DNA from: Geosiphon pyriformis uo1
Taxonomy: Eukaryota > Fungi > Glomeromycota
Direction: 5' to 3'
Assembly (NCBI GenBank): GCA_016748015.1
Contig: JAAOMT010000128.1
Coordinates: 2,363,538 to 2,427,537 of the forward strand
Length of the DNA stretch: 64,000 bases
The notes under the pieces were generated by a model. That model made no database searches, was not told the DNA's origin, and saw only the letters and a program-made list of their open reading frames with translations. Both the position numbers and the translations under genes were made by a program. Of this stretch, positions 52,701-61,048 are shown piece after piece (the stretch's first letter is position 1; every line of letters begins with the position of its first letter).

Positions 52701-53752
52701 GGTTTCAGGGAACTACTAATAAACTATTACTACTGAATCTCTGTCCATTATACAAAGAACTCAATTGAAAATCTTCAGATAAAATACCTTCAGATTACCA
52801 TCATCACTGTTATCAGACGAAATTAGAGATATTATTTAGCATGAAATTATCTTATAATTTCTATCATTAATTAGCATATATTATCATTTCAAATGATCAT
52901 TTATTACATTAGCAAAAATGTCCAAAATTATCATTTAATTAATAACCCAAATTGTACACAACACAAATGTAACCTAATTGCGATGATCAATCATGCAATA
53001 CCCCGAACTATGTAACATTCAGAGTTTGCCAAAATTTGTAGAAATTCGCCGAAATAATTGATAGTTCACCAAAATATCTAATAGTTCGCCGAAATAACTT
53101 GTAGTTTGCCGAAATGTATCTTTAGTTCAGCGAAATTGTAGAAAATAGCAAAGTTCAAGTTCATAGAATAGTGTTACAACAAGTTGTATAAAAGAAAAGC
53201 TTCTCTCTTCGAGAAAATGTATCTTACTTTAGATTTATCTCTTAAAAACTGTTCCTATACACACAAAAAGAAATAAATATCAAATAATTCGAAAAACCAA
53301 ATTTTTTAAATTATTGCACTTGAAAAATCCTCAAAAACCCAACTAACATTTCGAAATTGATTAGCTACCAATTTCAGTAAACTGTTAGTGACTCCAGGCC
53401 TGGATAGAAAACGTTTCTCTTGATAAAATCCTATTTCTTTTACATTTTTTTTATTTTCTTTTCTTTTCTTATTACAATCATTAGGGTAGCCTACAGACAA
53501 GATTCCTGTAGAAGAGTTGACTTTCACAGCAAAAGTAACTACACATTTTTAGTGAGCTTCCAGACAAGCAATTCCTGGAAAAGAGTTGATGTTTACTACA
53601 ATGTAACTACATAAAGCAACTGGCACAGAATTGGCCATTCCACTTATAAGTCCAGCAAGTTCAAATTATAGGAGATAATTTGAAGTTAAAAATTCAGTTA
53701 CTGGAGGTTCAACCACAGAACTACAAACATGTATATATACAGTAGTTTTAAT

Positions 53753-53772
53753 NNNNNNNNNNNNNNNNNNNN
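53753..53772. other. Assembly gap (20 N) with overlapping duplicated flanks
   Basis: About 53361-53717 is repeated identically at about 53773-54128. Confidence 0.9.
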
Positions 53773-56700
53773 TAGCTACCAATTTCAGTAAACTGTTAGT
53801 GACTCCAGGCCTGGATAGAAAACGTTTCTCTTGATAAAATCCTATTTCTTTTACATTTTTTTTATTTTCTTTTCTTTTCTTATTACAATCATTAGGGTAG
53901 CCTACAGACAAGATTCCTGTAGAAGAGTTGACTTTCACAGCAAAAGTAACTACACATTTTTAGTGAGCTTCCAGACAAGCAATTCCTGGAAAAGAGTTGA
54001 TGTTTACTACAATGTAACTACATAAAGCAACTGGCACAGAATTGGCCATTCCACTTATAAGTCCAGCAAGTTCAAATTATAGGAGATAATTTGAAGTTAA
54101 AAATTCAGTTACTGGAGGTTCAACCACATCCAAAAAACGTGAATTCACAGCAAATAAGTATCAACAACATTACAAAAAAGAGACCAAAAACCTCCGGTAA
54201 TATTTGGTGCTCTCCCATGGAAATAACACAGCAACAAATTCAAAGTGGTGACCACCTCAGACATCACAGCCTTAGAGTACTATCAATCGATTTACACACA
54301 CTGCAAACAACGATTTGAAATATGTGACGGAATCATAGCTTTCAAGAAAACACTTTTTCAATACATTGAAAATCAAATCAACAACTACCTTTTTAGGAAC
54401 TATAATATTACAACAGTTAAAAAAGATCTTCTTGAGAACATACTACACTATTCCAACACTGAATCAGAAAACATTAGTGCTGAAGCTTGTGCTACTTATT
54501 TTGAGGAACTCAATTATAATATCATTCGATTCTGTGAAAAAAAATATCCTCCAAATGCACAATTTGCTTTTGAACTCGAATCTGAACCTGAAACCAGTAG
54601 CAACAAAAGACAAAAAGATAACCGACCTGTTCACACAACACCCAATACTCCCAAAATATCATTCAAACATTTACAAACACCTGAACAACCAGCTCAAAAC
54701 TTCCACTTACTATTACACCTTTTTTAGCTTCACTTGCACAAGCACAAACACCTAATTCACCCTTAAATCAATTTGCAAGACCAGAAGATTTTACATCACT
54801 CAGAAGTCTCACCAGACAACAAGAACCCCTTTAAACTAATTCCAATCTCCTTGATTTTCTAGCTGAAAATCAAAATGAACACTCTGAGACAGCAGCAAAT
54901 GAAGAAAACAACTCTGAAATAACCGAAGAAGAATCAATAGACAGTGAAAACAAAGAAGACAAAATGACAACATACATCGCAAAAATCCCTGAATTCAATG
55001 GAGAAGATATTGAGACCAGTCCCCAAGAATGGCTTGACCAAGTTACTAAAGCTGGAGATGCAAATGGATGGAATACTGCCAGAATGTTAAAAACAATTCC
55101 CTACTTTCTTAAAGGAACAGCAGGAGAATGGTCTGAAAACCTTACCACCCTATTTAATAATTGGAATGCTTTCAAAGCAGCCTTCCTTGAACAGTTCACT
55201 GACAATAATACCTCCATCACTCTTCGCAATCGTTTTCGAAATATCAAACAAGAACCCTCCGAATCCGTTATGACTTATATTGGGAAATTCAACAAACTTC
55301 TCAGATGGATTCGCCAACTCGAGACAAACAATTATTATTCCGATGTTTAAATCTTGGATCAATTTATTACTGGTCTAAAAGATAAACTAATTAAAAAGGT
55401 TCGCTCACACGCGCCAGAAGATTTAAACTCTGCCATACAGCATGCGAAAAAATACGAAATGGCCATGAAAAAAGCCAATCGTACAAAACTTGTAAATTTG
55501 GCAATTGGAGAAACCAGCTCAGCAGCTGAAGAAAAAATTGACCAACTCACAAAGAAGGTCGAAAACTATTTTACCAACCAACAACAACAACAACCCCAAA
55601 GATATTAACCACCCCAAAGACGAAATCAAAATAACTTTGCACCACTTTCCAATAACCAGCCCCAGAATTGCCATTACTGTGGAATCTCTGGCCACTGGAA
55701 AAGAGATTGCAGAAAGCTGCAACGAGACCAACAAAATAGGGGTAATCAATGTTACTCTCTACCACAGCAATTTTATTATCAACCATCACCACCAGCTTAC
55801 TATTCACCAAGACCCCAATACCAAAATAACTATTATCAGCCTGCCCCACAACCAATCCAACAGCAATACCAACAACCACCCACACAACATTATCAAGTAC
55901 CTGCTCGAAGACTGATTACACAAAATCAATTCACACCACAAAACCGATACCAAGTAAACAACAGTAGAATCAGTTCGAACAACCAATTGGTTCCCCGAAA
56001 TACCACTCAACCAAGACCTAACCATTACCACACTCAACCCAGTTATTTAACAATGCTGGAAGAACAGGATTTTCACCATACTGCACTCTTGGAAGGTAGA
56101 GCTGCAGCACAACAACAACGAAACTCTTCTCATAACCACACCACTATTCCACCAGCCCGAATTGCTGAAAACACCAATCTCTCTGATATCTTTCCTTTTG
56201 AATTTGAAGCAAATGAATCACCATTCTTGCTTAGCAATGTAGCAGCTAATGAGCAAAAAGCCATCACTGCAATGTACACAGAAGCTGAAGTAGAAGGAAA
56301 GCCAATTTGCTTGATCCTAGACAGTGAATCTGCTGGAAGCATTATTACTTACCAGTTAATGCAACAGTTGAAAAGAAATGTCGACCGACCAGCTCAAACA
56401 GTAATCGTCACTGCCAATGGCATGAAAAAGACCCCAGTAGGAGAAATTGACAATTTTCCATTCACTCTTAATGAAATCACCATTCCAGTCAAAGTTTTTG
56501 TAATGGACGCACCCCAGTACCAAGCTCTTGTCAGAAATGATTGGCTTCAAAAAGCCAATGCTAATTTGAATTGGGAAACACAAGAGTTAACAATCTCCTA
56601 CCAAGAACAACACGCCTGAGTACCTGCCATTTGTGGTATATTCAACAAACGCTCTGAAAAAGCCCCAGCTTTTGAATTTGAACCAGAAGAAGAAAAACCA

Positions 56701-58824
56701 ATAATCAAAACATTCATGGCTCTTGGATCAACGTCCAACTGGGCCAATGAAACAGAACAAGAACATTTTATCTCACACACTAAACCCGAAACCTCTGGAT
56801 GGAATATACCTTACTCAAAACCCGAACCAAGAAAACAATGCTCTTAATCAACATTTCAGGTTTGCAACTAGTCAATCAAAGAGAATAATTAGGAAAGAGC
56901 AATAAAAGAACCCAAGGTTTTAGTTTAACTGGACGATTCACAGTTCCAGTTAATATAGCTCTTAACACATAGAACAAATCCCACCAGATTCTCAGACTTC
57001 TACAACCGATTACCATCTTACCCTTTGGAGAACATCCGGAAATCTACACTTGCACAAAGCCAACAACCACACAACAAATTTTTGAGTCCAATGAACAAGT
57101 CTGCTTGGAACATAATATTTCAATCTCAAACATTTATATTCCAAAAGGAACAAAAAAAGTCCGAGTTACTTTTTACAACCCCAATAATTACCCCATAATT
57201 TTATTAAATAATTTAGAAATTGGAGTTATTCACAGTAATATATTTCAACAAGAATTACCCCAAACAGTTCTCGATTTCCCTGAAATTATTGGACATTCAC
57301 TACCAAAAATCAACCCAAACCTTAGCTCTGAAAACTATCATGTTGTCATGGAAAAACTATCTCGAATCAACATAGGACAACTTGAACTACAACAACAGAC
57401 CCAGCTCAAAGAACTAATTGCAGAATTTGCTGATATCTTTGCTGAAAACAACAATGACTTAGGAAGAACTGATTTGGTTCAACACCAAATCTATACAGAA
57501 GATGCCAAACTTAGGTGACAACAAGCCTACCAAGTTGCTTCAGAAAGTCACCAATTTATCCGAAAAGAAGTACAACAGATGCTTAACAATGGGCTTATTC
57601 AACCATCAATAAGCCCATGGGCCTCACTTGTGGTTTTAGTTAAAAAGAAAAATGGAAAGATACAATTTTGTGTTGATTACTGACAACTCAACAGTGTCAC
57701 CATTGGGGATGCCTATCCTCTTCTCCGAATTGATGACATGTTGGATGCCCTTGGAAAGTCCAAATACTTTTTGACATTAGATTTAGAGAGTGAATACTGG
57801 CAAGTTGCTATGGATCCCAAAGACTGCCCCAAAACAGTATTCACCACTCAAGGAGAAAATTACGAGTTCAATGTAATGCCTTTTGGATTATGCAATGCAC
57901 CAGCAACATTCCAAAGATTCATGGATGTTGTTTACAAAGGCCTCTTTTGGAAATCAGTAGTAGTTTATCTTGATGACACTGATGTTTATTCACCATCTTT
58001 CGAGCTACATTTAATTCACTTGCAAGAAGTTTTTCAATGATTACAGAAAGCAGAATTGAAACTGAACATTAAAAAATACTACTTCGGAAAAACAAGTTTA
58101 GCTTTTCTTGGTCACATTGTTAGCAAAGATAGAATTAAACCAGACCCTGGAAAAATCAGTACTGTCAAAAACTTCAAGACTCCATGAAATACCACAGAAT
58201 TAAGAGGATTTATTGGATTAGCATCCTATTACTGAAAATTCATCAAAGGATTCTTAGAAATTGCAAAACCCCTCAACCAGCTCACTACTAAAAATATCGA
58301 ATACAATTGGACAGAAGAACACCAAAATGTCTTCGAGATACTTAAGGAAAAACTCACAACAGCTCCAATCCTCGCCTACCCAGATTTCAGCAACTGATTC
58401 CGGTTAGCAACTGACGCCTCTTATACTGCCTTTGGTGCCATCCTATTACAGTTAGATGACAATGGAAATGAGCGAGTAATTGCTTATGCTAGTAGAACAT
58501 TAAAGCCAGCCAAAAAGAACTACTCCGCAACAGAATTAGAAACCGCAGCAGTAATCTGGGCCCTACATCACTTCAATCTTTACTTCAGACCCAAAAAATT
58601 CGATATTATCACTGATAATATTGGACTTAAATGGCTTCAAAACAAAAACACCCAGCTGAATGCAAAACAAACCCGATGGACAAGATTTTTAGCTAATTAC
58701 CAATACATCGTACACCACAAACCAGGAAAACTTTATACCAACGTTGATTGTCTCTCAAGAATGAGACAAGATTAGAAAACAAAACCAACACCTATTTGAA
58801 TTAACAGCATTAAAACAACAAACA

Positions 58825-60210
58825 ATGAATCCCGAAAACTACAACAATCTCAAACAATATTTAGAGACATTAACAATCTCAACAGATTGGTTCCCAGATG
58901 AAAAACATCAGTTACAACAACAAGCCAAACAATATTTTCTACACAATAACATTATCTATTACCAAAATTTCAAAAACCCAACCAAACCACTCAGATTAAT
59001 ACAAAAACAGGAAAAAGAGACTATTTTATACAATATGCACTCAGATCCTTCATCAGCACACTTCGGAAAAGATAGCACCACCCAAAGAACACTAGAATAC
59101 TACTTTTGGCCTCGAATAAGAAAAGACATTCATGAATATGTCAAATCTTGTGATAGTTGTCAAAGAAAAGGAGGAACTCGCCCTACAGAACCTTTAAATC
59201 CAATCAAAGTTGGACAGCCTTTTGACAGAGTTGGTATCAATTTAGTCGGACCACTATCTATTACCACTCAAGGAAACCGTTATATTGCAGTAGCTGTAGA
59301 CTATCTTACTAAATGGCCTAAAGCCAGAGCCATTTAATGAGCAGATGCAAAATCAGTAGCAAATTTCATCTACAAAGACATCATTTGTAGACATGGATGT
59401 CTAATTGAACTTTTATCCGATCAGGGAACACACTTTGTGAACAACCTGATACAAGAAATTTGTGAACGATTCAATGTTAAAAGACCTCTGTCTTTGTTCT
59501 ACCATCCACAAACAAATAGACTTGTGGAACGTTTTAACAAAACATTGTGTGAGTCATTAACCAAAGTCTCAACCAATTTTGAGCAAGAATGGGATCTCTT
59601 TATTCCATCAGTGTTACTAGCATATAGAACATTAAAACAAGATACCACAAAACACACACTATTTGATTTAACTTATGGAAGGATGGCAACGTTACCAATT
59701 AGTTTCACAGTAGAAACATACCCAGCACAACCGATCAATGAAAACAATTTCCAAGAAATGCTTTAGCGAAGAGCCTATACTCTGCTTAGCACATTGGAAG
59801 GAAAACGACGAATAGCAGCCACTCATATTGAACACTCCCAAGCTCAACAAAAAAAACAGCATGATAACAAATTGCCTTCAGTCACCAATGAATTTAAAAT
59901 TGGAAACAAAGTTCTTTTACACAGAACTAAAGCTGAAAAACAATAGAGTGGAAAATTTGAAAATAAATGGGATGGATCATTCTTTATCCATGAAGTCCTA
60001 GGCAACAGATCATACAAGCTAAGACTTGATAACAAAATTCTAGCAAAAATTGCACATGGAGATCATTTGAAACACTATCATTCCAGAAACAATCCTGAAC
60101 CATTAATTCCACAAATTGGTACACATTCCCCTTTGATCAGTCCCGAAGATATTCCCCGAAACTTAGAACCAATAGTTGTCATTGAACAACCTTCCAACCT
60201 GAACACTTAA
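58825..60210 (+). pseudogene. Element E2 integrase (separate ORF)
   Basis: RNase H ends at TAG 58773-58775, then a 49-nt spacer, then ATG in a different frame. HHCC and core motifs present. Confidence 0.9.
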
Positions 60211-60328
60211 TTTAATTTTACTAGTTATTCTCTTATAATTTAGAAACAATCTCACAAAAACAAAACAAAAATAGCATAAAAACCCATACACCAAAAATTA
60301 TTTTTTTATTTTTTTTCAATTGCTTATA

Positions 60329-61048
60329 ATGACTATTCCTCAAAACATTCAACAATTATCCCAAAAACTAATATTAGCTTTAAAAACAATACCTGAATTA
60401 TTCATTACTGTTACTGGAAACCACATAAATTATACCCAAACAAAAGTAGTTACAAAATTAGCCCCAAATTCACAAAAATATCACCCGTATAAAAAGAACA
60501 CAAGAAGTTATACTGAAATTCACCTGCCAGAACTTTTAAAGCTTGCTTTAAGAGAAAACCTAATGCTTACTCCGATTAGTATTCCACCAAATGCTACAAT
60601 TCAACAAAAACTTCAACTGTGTCTCAATGAGGAAAACACTGAATATTCTCCAATCTATAGATATTTTCACATTGGAAAAACACTCTACGAATGGAAACTG
60701 GAACTTACAACAGCAAACCTTACAAAAGAAGCTATTTAGAAACAACTCTACAACAAATTCAAGACAACAGCTGGATCAACAAACAGTCATTACAGGCTTA
60801 GAGCTGCTCTTAGACTTTATGACCTATTCCACACCTGTGAAAACATACTACAAAACCCAATTTTTCAACCTTTGAAGATTCAATACATTGGAAAGCTTAC
60901 AGAACTGAAATTTCAACAATTTTCAGACCAAATTTCTTCAATAATTTTGGATTATTATCTGGAAATAACAGACAGTACTTGGACTTCGACGGAGCTCAGT
61001 CTTGAAGAGGAGGTTATGTTACCAGACGAAATTAGAGATATTATTTAG
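60329..61048 (+). pseudogene. Element E2 ORF3
   Basis: One internal stop at about 60737. YHPY, YRYFHIG and RLYDLF motifs are shared with E1. Confidence 0.75.

Noticed and set aside
53361-54128. Apparent 355-bp tandem duplication in the E2 5' LTR, with duplicated ORFs 53306/53666 and 53420/53831
   Set aside because: The copies are identical and straddle a 20-N gap, and the 3' LTR has one copy. This is an unmerged contig overlap.
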